From: Gemmatimonadota bacterium
GTDB lineage: Bacteria > Gemmatimonadota > Gemmatimonadetes > Palauibacterales > Palauibacteraceae
Assembly (NCBI GenBank): GCA_039588275.1
Contig: JBDHAC010000017.1
Location: forward strand, 1-64,000
Length of the DNA stretch: 64,000 bases
Direction of reading: 5' to 3'
Part shown: piece by piece, positions 19,082 to 29,287 of the stretch
Position numbering within the stretch: the first letter of the stretch is position 1
Layout: the number at the start of each line of letters is the position of its first letter
Notes under the pieces: generated by a model
What the model saw: only the letters and a program-made list of their open reading frames with translations
Told to the model about the DNA's origin: nothing
Database searches by the model: none
Program-made: the position numbers and the translations under genes

Positions 19082-20097
19082 CAGACCGTTCGGGCGCTCT
19101 CGGTTTGCAGTAGAGCCTCCACGATCGCCGGATCGAATCGGCGGCCGGCAAGACGCTCCATTTCGGCGAGCGGGTCGTCCTGGCCCGAAGCGGACGCGCT
19201 CCCGTGGGTAAGGCTGTCGAAATGCGCCGCGACCGCCACGATCCTGGCGACGAGAGGGATCACCGGACCGCGCAACCCGCTGGGCGCGCCGCTGCCGTCC
19301 CACGACTCGGCGAGGCCGGAGAGCATTTCACGCGCCCTTTCCAGGACGGGAAGCGAGCTGCCCTCGAGCACCCGAAGTCCTGACCCCACCTCCTGCACGT
19401 TACCACGGCCCGCCTCCGCGCCCTCGAGCGGTCTTCCGGCCGGACGTGTCGACGCGAGACCGTGTAGCAACGCAGCGCGTCGGATCAGCTCGACCTCCTG
19501 ACTCGGCACTTCGAGCACCTCGGCGAGACGCCCGCTCAGCCAACTGACGCGCTTTGCATGACCGGCTTCACCCGGCGAAGCCCGCTCGAGCGTCGCCGCC
19601 CAACACTCCAACAGCTCGAACTCGGCGTCGAGCGCGCGCTCACCGCCGTCTCGGGCGAGCGTTCCCAGCTCCAGCGCCTGACTGGCGCACTTGAGATACA
19701 GAAAGCGCGTCTCCAGGAGGTTATCCACCCGGAGCCGCAGCTCGGTCGGGCTCATCGGCTTGTTGAGGAAGTCCTTGGCGCCACCGCCGAGGGCTCGTCG
19801 CCGCGCTTCGCTGCTGATGTCGGAGGTGAGGACCAGAATGGGCAGGTACGCGTCGTCGGAGAGCATTCCCTGGATAGTTTCCATGACGCCGAACCCATCC
19901 AGCTCGGGCATGAGCAGATCGAGGATGACGAGATCCGGATCCACCTCCTGATACCGCGGCACCGCCTCGAGAGGGTCGGTGACCCCCTCTACATGCTCGT
20001 ACCCGGCCCAGTTCAGAACGTCGGTGATGTACCGGACGTTCTGTGGCTCGTCATCAACGACGAGAATGCGCGCCTCTTTCCTCAGCTCGTCCTGCAA
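19081..20097 (-). CDS. Response regulator with degenerate HD-GYP output domain
   Basis: REC domain (VVDDE, LDLLMP, NKP), then an HD-GYP-like domain (GHAKRV, WDGSG.P, IPLVARIVAVA, FDP). TTG start at 20097 inferred from GAGG RBS. Confidence 0.85.
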   Translation of the reverse strand: MQDELRKEARILVVDDEPQNVRYITDVLNWAGYEHVEGVTDPLEAVPRYQEVDPDLVILDLLMPELDGFGVMETIQGMLSDDAYLPILVLTSDISSEARRRALGGGAKDFLNKPMSPTELRLRVDNLLETRFLYLKCASQALELGTLARDGGERALDAEFELLECWAATLERASPGEAGHAKRVSWLSGRLAEVLEVPSQEVELIRRAALLHGLASTRPAGRPLEGAEAGRGNVQEVGSGLRVLEGSSLPVLERAREMLSGLAESWDGSGAPSGLRGPVIPLVARIVAVAAHFDSLTHGSASASGQDDPLAEMERLAGRRFDPAIVEALLQTESARTV

Positions 20098-20455
20098 TGC
20101 CAGCCCCTCGATCTTCGAGCGGTTCCGGTATATGCCGGGCGGCGCTGCAAGATACGCGCGCATTGCAGGGGAGATTCAGCCCCGCTCGGGCCTGTCTCCG
20201 GCCGGGTCCGGGGCGAGGGTCGGGGCCCCCCGATTATCCGCTCGGCACGCGCTCAGTCAGGGGTCGGCGCCGAGGAGCGGTGGAGTTACCCAGACAAGTT
20301 CGGAGGCGTCAGACAGGGGGCTGAAGGGGGGCTCCCCCGGCAGAACGTTGCGTCCGTGCAACACTCTAGGGGGGGAGCGCAACGTCATTTGACGGCTGGG
20401 AGCGTCCCGGAGCGGGCCGGGCCGATACCGGGACGCCCCCGAGAGGGGCTTCGAA

Positions 20456-21214
20456 TCAGTCGGTGTCTCCCTCGACGATCCGAGCCTCGATGATGTAGTC
20501 CAGTTCCGGGAAGTCGGCTTCGAGGTACGCGTTCCCCTCCAACTGGATTCGGCGCTGGTTGGGTCCGGTCCCGCTCGGTGGTCCTTCCCCGTATGCGCTG
20601 TACAGACGGTCGACGACTTCCATCCCTTCCACCACCTCGCCCAGCGGGGAGAAACCCTGCTGATCCAAAGGAGAGTTGTCGCCGTAATTGATGAACAACT
20701 GGGTCGTGCGCGTGTTCGGCCCTCCGGTCGCATACGTGACGCGACCGCGCGTGTTGCTCTCGAGAACCGCGTCGTCCGCGATGCGCGCTCCACGCCAGGC
20801 GGTGGCCACCCGTGGATCACCGTGGATCCCGAACTGAGCCATGAAGCCGTCCAGGACGCGGAAGAAGCGCACCCCGTCGTAGAACCCGGCTCGTACCAGG
20901 TTGTAGAGACGGTCCGCTCCGTTTGGTGCCCAGGCACGGGTGACTGCCACGGTGAAGTCGCCCGCGGACGTCGAGAAACGGACCGTGAACTCACCCGGTG
21001 CGGTCCGATTGTTCTCGGGGCTGCCCGGGTCCAGCAGCTGCGAGTCACTCATCTCACTTTCCCCCTCGCTCGTGGCGTCGGGTGACGATGCATCGGTCCC
21101 GGGGACGTCGGCCTCGGAAGCCGAGTCTGGGACGGTGTCGGACCCACACCCGAAGACCAATGAGCTGCATACCAAGAACGCCGTGCACTCCACGGCTCCC
21201 CGCAACGACTTCAT
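20456..21214 (-). CDS. Cyclophilin-type peptidyl-prolyl isomerase, probable lipoprotein
   Basis: FYDGVRFFRV..FMAQFG, RTTQLFIN, GEVVEGMEVVD; VFGC lipobox-like. Confidence 0.88.
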   Translation of the reverse strand: MKSLRGAVECTAFLVCSSLVFGCGSDTVPDSASEADVPGTDASSPDATSEGESEMSDSQLLDPGSPENNRTAPGEFTVRFSTSAGDFTVAVTRAWAPNGADRLYNLVRAGFYDGVRFFRVLDGFMAQFGIHGDPRVATAWRGARIADDAVLESNTRGRVTYATGGPNTRTTQLFINYGDNSPLDQQGFSPLGEVVEGMEVVDRLYSAYGEGPPSGTGPNQRRIQLEGNAYLEADFPELDYIIEARIVEGDTD

Positions 21215-21343
21215 CCGTTCACTCCTTCTGTCTGATTAGGTTCGGGCGCCCGAGCTCTCGCGGGGCGCACCCATACCTATCAGGCTCCGTCGCGATGGGC
21301 AAAGGCCCACCGGCAGGGTGCGCCATCAGCCTTTCTCGCTGGC

Positions 21344-24300
21344 TCAGGCGGCGCGTGCTACGATCCACCGGTACGCGACCGGGATCGCGACCAGCACGAA
21401 GATCGTGCTCGAGATCAGCCCCCCGATCGTCGCCAGGGCGAGCGCGTTCCAAATGTTGGTGTCCTGCCCCCCCGCGAATACCACGAGCGGCAGCAGCCCA
21501 AAGACCGTCGTGAGCGTGGTCATGAAGATCGGCCGGACGCGCTCGAGCGTCCCCTGCAGAATGGCGGCCTGTACCCCCATCTCACGGCGCAGCTCGCCGA
21601 TATGGTAGACGATCAGAATCGCGTTGTTCACCACGATCCCGGCCATCATGATCGTCCCGATGTACGCCGTGCGGGTGAAGGTGGCGTCCGCCAGGAAGAA
21701 GATCAGGAACACCCCGATGAGCGCGAGCGGCAACGTCAACAAGACCACGAACGGTGCCGCGAGCGACTCGAACAGCGCTGCCGCGACCATGTAGATGAGC
21801 AGGACGGCGAAACCGAGGACGAGGTAGACCTGCAGTCGCTCCTCCTCCGACCAGCGCCAGCTCTCATCCTCCTCGATCCGGTACCCTGGTGGAAGCTCCA
21901 TGGCGTCGACGACCGCGTCTCGCACGAGGTCCCCGAGCTTGATCGGCCCACGAAACTCCCACGCGACCGTGCGCTCGTACTGCTGATCCTCCCGACGGAT
22001 GTTGGCCAGCACATCCCGCTGCTCGATGCGCGCCACATCGGTGAGTCGGATATCCGCACTCGAGTCCACCGGGATCCGCAACTCGCGCAGGTTCTGAAGA
22101 TCGAAGTCCCTGTACCCGGCCACCTTCACCGCGTAGGGCACCTCGTCTCCCCCGATTCGGAGTCGGTTACCATCGAACTCGGTCCGGACGTTCGCCGATA
22201 CGAAGGAGAGCAGCTGCTCGACGGATAGTTCATGTGACTCCAGCGCGGCTCGGTCGGGAGCGATAGTGAACTCGAACTCTTTGTCCCGCTCGTACCAGGC
22301 TCCGCTCGCGTTCGGATCCACATCCTGAATGCGGCCGAAGCGTTCCAAACGCCCCGCGATCTCACCTGCTATATCACGTACTGTCAGATAGTTATATCCG
22401 AGCACCTTAAGTCGATAGTTGGGCGGGCTTCCTCCTCCGCCGTAGAAGCTCGGACCGTACCCGTACACACGGACTTCGACCCCGGAGAACCCGTAGCTGT
22501 GGGCGACCATCTGCTCCTTGATCGCCGGCGGGACCGGAGAGTCCTCGAGCTCCTCCGGGAAGGTCACCTCGATCCGCGCGTATTGATCCTGTACGACGGT
22601 CACGTAGCGCTCGGGCTCCGGCAGCGTCGCCAGCTTCGCCTCGAACGCACGAGCCAGCTCATCCGTTCGATCGATGCCGGCCCCGCGCGGAAACTGGATC
22701 GTGATGAGGATGTACGTCCGCTGCCCCCAGAAGCTGGTCCACGGAACCCCGCGCGTGACGTTCGAGTCGAACAGCCAGAAGCTCCCCCCGAGGCACCCGG
22801 CGCACACCAGCCCCACCACGATCGGGTGTCTGAGGGCCCACGCGAGAGCCGTACGGTAGCCCTGGATATAGAACGGCTCGTGTACGTGCTGCGACTCGCT
22901 GTCGACGACGGGTGGCCGGACCCGCCCACCCAGACGTGCTGCCAGCGACGGCACGAACGTGAAGGCCACGAACAGACTTGCCAGGATCGAGAAACCGACC
23001 GCGAATGCCAGCGGGAGGTAGTAGACGCGGAGATCGCCCTGCAAGAACAGGAAGGGGACGAGCACGATGGCCGTAGTGAGCGTGGACGCTACGACCGGGA
23101 GCGCGACCTGACGCGCACCGCGTCTCGCGGCATCGCGTGCAGAGGCCCCCTTTCCATGGTGCCGGTCCACGTTCTCGAACACCACGATCCCGTTGTCGAC
23201 GACCAGCCCGAAGCCCCACGCGAGGCCGGCGAGGCTCAGGACATTGAGCGAGAACCCGCCCAGGTACAGGAGGTTCACCGCGAACAGCACGCTGAAGCCG
23301 ATCGTGGCAAATACGACGGCCACGGCCGAGAGCGAGCGCAGGAAGAGCATGAGCACGAGGAAGATCACGATCGCGGCCGCGATCGCGCGCAGCCTCAGGT
23401 CGCTCAGTTGCGTGCGGATGTCCTCGCTCTGGTCATCGAGCAACTCGAGCTCCACGCCCGGGGGGAGCGCCCCGGCGCGCTCCTCCAGATGCTCCTTCAG
23501 TCGGGCCGCGAGCCGGACGGCATTGGTGCCCGTCTGCCGCCGTATGACGAGCTGTACGGTCGGAAGCCCATCGATTCGAACCATGAGCCACGGGTCCGCC
23601 GTCTGGTCGCGCACGCGCCCCAGGTCCCGGATCCGTATCGCTCCTTCAGGACGGGCGCGCACGACGATGTCACCCAACTCCGCCACCGTGAACGCCCGAG
23701 TCCGAACGGCGAGGGCCACCCGTCGACCATCGAGCGTGACCGAGCCCGGCGCGCGAGGAGCCGATACCTCTTGGATCCGCAGCTGCACTTCCTCGGGTCG
23801 AAGGTTGAGCGCTTCGAGACGCGCACGGTCCAGCTCGATGGCGATCTCACGCTGCTCGCCCCCGTAGACCTGGGCATCCGCGACGCCATCGATCGCTCGC
23901 AGCGTGGGGACGATCTCCTCATCACCCAGGCGCCCCAACTCTCCAAACGTATAGGGACCCGTGAGCCGGTAGCTCAGGAAGGGCTGATCCTCCTCTTCGA
24001 ACTCGGGCGGGACGAACGGCTCCACGGTCGGATAGACGCCAGGCGGAAGCTCATCCAAGAGTGCGGCGATTCGCTCTCCGAGGTCGAGCCTGGCGAATTC
24101 CATGCGCGTGTCGCGTTCGAACTCGATCTCGATCGAAGCGTTCGAGCCCATACCGCGCTGATCGACGCGCGAGGTGGAGATCACCTTGCGCACTCCCCGC
24201 ACCTGCTGGATGACGGACTCGACGGGGGCGGTGACGAACGCTTCGAGCGCCTCCGGTGAGGCCCCCGCCCAGGACGCGCTCACCGTGAGCTTCGGGTAGT

Positions 24301-24415
24301 CGACCTCGGGAAGCAGCTCCACGGGGATGAGGCGAAAGCTGAAAGCGCCGAGAGCGAACAGCGCGATGTAGATGGCGGCTGTGGCGACCGGTCGCCGAAT
24401 AGAGAGGTCGATCAT
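21344..24415 (-). CDS. RND efflux permease subunit (AcrB/AcrD/AcrF family) 2
   Basis: RRPVAT, LLPEVDYP, VVDNGIVVFENV, GIVVNNAIL, RVRPIFMTT. Confidence 0.92.
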   Translation of the reverse strand: MIDLSIRRPVATAAIYIALFALGAFSFRLIPVELLPEVDYPKLTVSASWAGASPEALEAFVTAPVESVIQQVRGVRKVISTSRVDQRGMGSNASIEIEFERDTRMEFARLDLGERIAALLDELPPGVYPTVEPFVPPEFEEEDQPFLSYRLTGPYTFGELGRLGDEEIVPTLRAIDGVADAQVYGGEQREIAIELDRARLEALNLRPEEVQLRIQEVSAPRAPGSVTLDGRRVALAVRTRAFTVAELGDIVVRARPEGAIRIRDLGRVRDQTADPWLMVRIDGLPTVQLVIRRQTGTNAVRLAARLKEHLEERAGALPPGVELELLDDQSEDIRTQLSDLRLRAIAAAIVIFLVLMLFLRSLSAVAVVFATIGFSVLFAVNLLYLGGFSLNVLSLAGLAWGFGLVVDNGIVVFENVDRHHGKGASARDAARRGARQVALPVVASTLTTAIVLVPFLFLQGDLRVYYLPLAFAVGFSILASLFVAFTFVPSLAARLGGRVRPPVVDSESQHVHEPFYIQGYRTALAWALRHPIVVGLVCAGCLGGSFWLFDSNVTRGVPWTSFWGQRTYILITIQFPRGAGIDRTDELARAFEAKLATLPEPERYVTVVQDQYARIEVTFPEELEDSPVPPAIKEQMVAHSYGFSGVEVRVYGYGPSFYGGGGSPPNYRLKVLGYNYLTVRDIAGEIAGRLERFGRIQDVDPNASGAWYERDKEFEFTIAPDRAALESHELSVEQLLSFVSANVRTEFDGNRLRIGGDEVPYAVKVAGYRDFDLQNLRELRIPVDSSADIRLTDVARIEQRDVLANIRREDQQYERTVAWEFRGPIKLGDLVRDAVVDAMELPPGYRIEEDESWRWSEEERLQVYLVLGFAVLLIYMVAAALFESLAAPFVVLLTLPLALIGVFLIFFLADATFTRTAYIGTIMMAGIVVNNAILIVYHIGELRREMGVQAAILQGTLERVRPIFMTTLTTVFGLLPLVVFAGGQDTNIWNALALATIGGLISSTIFVLVAIPVAYRWIVARAA

Positions 24416-27400
24416 GCGCTCGTCTCCGGTAGCGGCACGCCGAGGGTCGCGGGCGCAGGGGCCGGCTCGGGCGTCGCCACGGACACCCGCGGCTCCACGA
24501 GGAGCGAATAGATGACGGGAACGACGAGAAGCGTGAGGAAGGTGGCCGAGATGAGCCCGCCGATCACGACGATGGCGAGCGGCGCGCGCAGATCCGCACC
24601 CGCCCCCCAGCCCAGCGCCAGCGGGAGCAAACCCACAACCGTCGTGACGGTCGTCATTATGATCGGCCGCAGCCGCAGCCGGCCCGCAGCCAGGATCGCG
24701 GCCCGCTTGGGAATGCCCACCGCACGCCGTTGATTGATGAAGTCGATCTTCACGATCGCGTCGTTTACGACGATACCGATGAGAATCACCAGCCCGATGC
24801 CGCTCATGACGTTGATCCCCGCACCCGTGAGAGCCAGCGCGGCGACGGTGCCAATGGCGGCGAGGGGCACTGCGGTCAGGACCACTAGCGGCTGGATCAG
24901 TGACTCGAACTGGGCGGCCATGATCAGGAACACGAGGAACAATGCGAGGAGAAACGCGAACCCGAGCGAGCGAAAGCTCGCGCGCATATCCTCGTTCTGC
25001 CCTCCCACGCGGACGCTGACGAGCGCCGGCCTCGGCACCTGCGCCAGGTCCTCCTCGACGCGGCGCACCGCGGCGGCGAGGCCACCGCCCTGCACATCCG
25101 CGAGCACCTGGACCGTGCGGTTCTGATCCTCGCGGCGCACCTCCAACGGACCATAGCCCGGTCGCGCAAGGACGAGCTCCTCGATGGGCACGCCCTTGAT
25201 CCGAACCGCCATCACCTCAGCGAGGTCCTGACGCGCGGCACCGGGTATGGCGACCCGAATGTCGATCTTGTCCGAGAACTCGGCGTACGACCGGTCGGTG
25301 ACCGACCCTCTCAGCAGCGCCTCGATTCCATCCGCGACCTCTCGCACCGTGAGCCCATGGAGCGCTGCGGCGTCCTGGTCGACGCGCACCTCGAGCACCG
25401 GCTGCGTCAGCTGTACATCCACCCGCACGTCGGCGAGCTCCTCGAGCGCCCGCATGCGGTCCGCCACGGCCTCGGCCACCGGCAGGAGCTCATCCAGTTC
25501 AGCACCCTGAACCTTGACGGCCAGGTCGGACTCTCCGACGTCGAGCGCGCGTCCGAGCGAGGTCGAGCGTCCCGTCTCTACCGAGACATAGACGGGGTCC
25601 ACGCCGGCACTTTGAATGGATCGGCGGAGCTCCTCGACGACGGCTCCCGTGCCCGTCCCACGCGCCAGCAGTCGCACCTCGATGGCGGCGCTGTTGAGAC
25701 CCGTTAGCTCACGCGTGGCGAGCTCGGAATCGCGGGCGCGTCCGACTCGCGTGAAGACGCCGTCGACGCCTTCCATCTCGAGCAGCACGCTCTCCAACCG
25801 TCCCGCAGTTTCGGAGGTGGTCTGCAACGGGGTTCCGACAGGCAACTCCAGCTCCACCCGGAACAGACGCTCATCCACCTCCGGCATCAGGCTCATCGGG
25901 AGCGCGCCGCCGATCAGTAGCGCCGCCGCGAGCGCGCCCGCAGCGATTCCCAGAACCGCACCGCGATGGGCCAGCGACCACTCGAGCGTCCTCTCGTATC
26001 GTTCCGCGAACCGCCGAAACGCCCGGTCGAAGGCGTCGAGGAACGGACGGAAACCACGGTCGAGTGTACGGCCCATGACCCGCCCGATATCCGCGAGCGT
26101 GAGCACGACCGACCGTCCGATGTACGCCATCAGCTTGAAAGGCGATGACGCGATGCGTGACGCTCGCGCCTGGGCACGATTCATCCATCGTTGACGATCG
26201 GATCTTCCCGCCGCAGCAGCACCCGCCGAGACGTCCAGACCGCCACCCACCGCTCCCACCGGGATTCCGGCCGCACGACGCTTCGCGCGCGACGCCATGA
26301 CCGGCAGCAGAGTTAGCGCGACCAGGAGCGAGGCGAGCAGCGAGAACGTCACCGCCAGGGACAGGTCTCCAAACAACGCCCCGGCCACACCCTCGACATA
26401 AAGCACGGGGAAGAAGACCGCGATCGTCGTGAGCGTCGAGGCCGTGATCGCGCCCGCGACCTCACGGGCCCCGATCGAAGCCGGCCTGGCATGCATCCGG
26501 CCCTCGACCGAGCTCCCGGCATCCCCGTCACCGGGCGCCGGGGCGCGATCCCCCGGATCCGGCGCTCGAGATGGCCCACTTTGCCGGTGCCGGAAGATGT
26601 TCTCGAGCACGACGATCGAGTTGTCGACCAGCAACCCTACCCCGAGCGCCAGGCCCCCGAGCGACATGATGTTGACGCTCACATCGAACACGTAGAGGAG
26701 CGCGAATGCCGCCATGACGGAGATCGGGATCGCCAGGCTGATCGCCACCGGATAGCGAGGCTCGCGAAGGAACAGGAACAGGACCAAGAACGCGAGCAAC
26801 CCACCGAGCAGCAGCGCCTGCACCACGTTGGAGATCGCGTTGCGGACGAAAATCGCCTGACTCGAGGCCAGCTCCATCTCCACGCGCGGGTACTCGACTC
26901 GAAGCTGGTCGAGCGTTCGCCTCACCCGGTCCGCCACGCGAACCGTGTTGGACCCCGACTCCTTGTAGATCTGCAGCCCGATCGCGGCTTCACCGTTGTA
27001 TCGTGCGATGGTCTCGAGCTCCGCGATGGTGTCCTTGACGGTCGCGACATCGGACAGCTGCACGACGTTGCCGCCCGGCGGGCGGGCGACCACGACCTCG
27101 GCGAACTGCTCGAGGGCGGAGAACTGCCCCAGGGTCCGGAGGCTGTAGCGGAACCTCCCGCGGTTGATCGCCCCTCCCGGGGCGTTGTAGTTCGCGGCAT
27201 CCAGCGCCGCCGCGATCTCGTCCAGCGTCACGTCGTGGATAGCGAGGCGCTCCGGGTCCACCTGGACGAGGATCTCCCGCTCCGGGCCTCCCGTGACGGC
27301 TGCGAGCGCGATTCCGTCGAGCTGCTCGAGACGTCGTTTGAACACCGCCTCCGCGAGCTGTCGGAGCTCTCGCAGATCCGCGCCGCTCACGGCGATGTTC

Positions 27401-27816
27401 ATGATCGGGTCGCTCTGCGGGTCCGAGCGGAGGATGACCGGGCGCTCGGCACTTCTCGGCAGCGCTTCGCGCAGGTTGTCGAGCCGCTCCCTCGTATTGA
27501 GGGTCGCGAACTCCATGTCCGTTCCCCACCCGAACTCGAGCCGAACGAGGGACTGGCCTTCACGCGAGCGCGAGGTCACCTCACGAGCGCCCGGAACGCG
27601 CCACAGGGCCGCCTCTATGGGCTCGGTCACGAAGCGCTCGACTTCCTCCGGGCCGGCATCGGCGTAGGTCGTCCACACCGAGAGGGTCGGGAAGGACACG
27701 TCGGGGAGGAGGTCGATGGGAAGTCGCAGAAAGGAGACGACCCCGAGCACGGCCACGGCGACGAACAACATGGATGTGGCCACGGGTCGACGGAGCGACA
27801 GGTCGGGAAGCGCCAT
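24412..27816 (-). CDS. RND efflux permease subunit (AcrB/AcrD/AcrF family) 1
   Basis: RRPVAT, LLPDVSFP, LVDNSIVVLENI, GIVVNDAIV, RLRPIIMTT. Confidence 0.92.
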   Translation of the reverse strand: MALPDLSLRRPVATSMLFVAVAVLGVVSFLRLPIDLLPDVSFPTLSVWTTYADAGPEEVERFVTEPIEAALWRVPGAREVTSRSREGQSLVRLEFGWGTDMEFATLNTRERLDNLREALPRSAERPVILRSDPQSDPIMNIAVSGADLRELRQLAEAVFKRRLEQLDGIALAAVTGGPEREILVQVDPERLAIHDVTLDEIAAALDAANYNAPGGAINRGRFRYSLRTLGQFSALEQFAEVVVARPPGGNVVQLSDVATVKDTIAELETIARYNGEAAIGLQIYKESGSNTVRVADRVRRTLDQLRVEYPRVEMELASSQAIFVRNAISNVVQALLLGGLLAFLVLFLFLREPRYPVAISLAIPISVMAAFALLYVFDVSVNIMSLGGLALGVGLLVDNSIVVLENIFRHRQSGPSRAPDPGDRAPAPGDGDAGSSVEGRMHARPASIGAREVAGAITASTLTTIAVFFPVLYVEGVAGALFGDLSLAVTFSLLASLLVALTLLPVMASRAKRRAAGIPVGAVGGGLDVSAGAAAAGRSDRQRWMNRAQARASRIASSPFKLMAYIGRSVVLTLADIGRVMGRTLDRGFRPFLDAFDRAFRRFAERYERTLEWSLAHRGAVLGIAAGALAAALLIGGALPMSLMPEVDERLFRVELELPVGTPLQTTSETAGRLESVLLEMEGVDGVFTRVGRARDSELATRELTGLNSAAIEVRLLARGTGTGAVVEELRRSIQSAGVDPVYVSVETGRSTSLGRALDVGESDLAVKVQGAELDELLPVAEAVADRMRALEELADVRVDVQLTQPVLEVRVDQDAAALHGLTVREVADGIEALLRGSVTDRSYAEFSDKIDIRVAIPGAARQDLAEVMAVRIKGVPIEELVLARPGYGPLEVRREDQNRTVQVLADVQGGGLAAAVRRVEEDLAQVPRPALVSVRVGGQNEDMRASFRSLGFAFLLALFLVFLIMAAQFESLIQPLVVLTAVPLAAIGTVAALALTGAGINVMSGIGLVILIGIVVNDAIVKIDFINQRRAVGIPKRAAILAAGRLRLRPIIMTTVTTVVGLLPLALGWGAGADLRAPLAIVVIGGLISATFLTLLVVPVIYSLLVEPRVSVATPEPAPAPATLGVPLPETSA

Positions 27817-27913
27817 CGCTCAGCTCATCTCCACCCGCCAGGGTGGTGGTCGGCGTGGTCCGCCAAGCGCCCTGAGAGGTCTGGTGGTGGCGGCAACCGG
27901 CGGCGTCGCGCTA

Positions 27914-29287
27914 TCAGAAGAACCCCCCGACGTGTGCGTCGAGCCGAGCCCAAGCCTTCAGGTACTCGAAGCGCTCGTCGATGAGCGCACGCTCCGCATC
28001 GGTTAGCTGCTCGGTGGCCTGCAGGAGCAGAGTATACTCGACCGTCCCCAGCCGGTACTGCTCGCGAATCATGTCCACCCGCTGTCGGGCGAGGTCGCGG
28101 TTGCTTTCCTGGAGCTCGAGCCGGCGCGCGCGCGTCCGGATCTCCCGGACCGCGTTTCGCACGTCCCGGTCGACTGTGATCTGCTCCAGCGCGAGCGATG
28201 ATTCGGCGGCACGCAGGTTGGCCCGAGCCTGAGCGGTCTGCTGCTCGCGAGTGAACCCGTCGAACAGGTTCCAGGACGCCGACACCTGGAACGCGTTGCC
28301 GGTGTTTGGGAGGTCAAACCTGAAGAACGGCGAAGTCGCGTCCCCCTGTTCCGAACGGGCGAGCCCGTAGCCCAAGCTGATGGTGGGCAGGTAACCGCTT
28401 CGCGCCCCCCAGAGCCCTGCCGAGGCCGCCGCCACATCCGACTCCAGCGCGCGGATCCCCGGCTTCGTCGACAGGGCACGCCCGGCGAGCGCCGAGTCAT
28501 CGAGTGCCGTCGCGTCGGGCGCGGGACCTACGTCGCGCAGGATGAACGGAGGCCCTTCCGCTGGAAGCCCCATGCTGAAGCGCAGCTCTCGTTGGGCGCC
28601 CGCTTCCTGATCGATCGCCTGGACCAGGGCCAGCTCCGCCCGGCCCACTTCGATCTCTGCTCCCAGCACGTCGGTTCGGTTGACCGCGGCGATCTCGTAA
28701 CGCCGCTGGGCCACATCCAGGTCCCGACGGCGTCCGTCCAGCTGCAAACGGGCGACCTCGACCAGGCCGCCCTGCTTCAAAGCTTCGTAGTACGCGACGC
28801 GTACGCCCGACGCCACATCGCGCTCCCGCTGGGAGAGTTGGTTGTTCGCCGAGCGAGTCGCCGCCCGCGTCCGCCGTAGGTCCGTGAACCGCCGGCCGCC
28901 CCGCAGCAAGTCCCAACTGAAGCTGAGATTCTGCGATGCCGCCTTGCTCACGTCCGTGAGCGGCTCGTCAAGGCGTTCGGACGGCCCTTCGGGGCTCTGG
29001 AACGTGACAGTCGTGAACTCGGACCGGCTCAACGACAGGCTCGCGCTGGCGTTCGGGAGGAACGCGCCCCACCCTGCGCGCTGGTCCGCCGCGGCGGCGT
29101 CCAGCGAGGCGCGTGCGCTGGCGATGTCAGGGTGCCGGTCCTGCGCGATCCGGATTGCCACCTCGAGACTGAGCGTGTCGGGGACCTGTGCCAGCCCGTC
29201 TCCCACTCCGCCTGTCGACAACCACGCGCTCGCCAGCGATAGTGCCCCGGTCAGGTGGCCGGCCCGCCGAAGCACCCGACGTCTCAT
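27914..29287 (-). CDS. TolC family outer-membrane efflux protein
   Basis: LSLEVAI, two OEP repeats (FLPNAS / YLPTIS), YRLG near the C-terminus; operon context. Confidence 0.88.
   Translation of the reverse strand: MRRRVLRRAGHLTGALSLASAWLSTGGVGDGLAQVPDTLSLEVAIRIAQDRHPDIASARASLDAAAADQRAGWGAFLPNASASLSLSRSEFTTVTFQSPEGPSERLDEPLTDVSKAASQNLSFSWDLLRGGRRFTDLRRTRAATRSANNQLSQRERDVASGVRVAYYEALKQGGLVEVARLQLDGRRRDLDVAQRRYEIAAVNRTDVLGAEIEVGRAELALVQAIDQEAGAQRELRFSMGLPAEGPPFILRDVGPAPDATALDDSALAGRALSTKPGIRALESDVAAASAGLWGARSGYLPTISLGYGLARSEQGDATSPFFRFDLPNTGNAFQVSASWNLFDGFTREQQTAQARANLRAAESSLALEQITVDRDVRNAVREIRTRARRLELQESNRDLARQRVDMIREQYRLGTVEYTLLLQATEQLTDAERALIDERFEYLKAWARLDAHVGGFF

Noticed and set aside
27817..27913. 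GGT-rich spacer between tolC and the first RND gene
   Set aside because: Low-complexity sequence with no convincing ORF or stable repeat unit.
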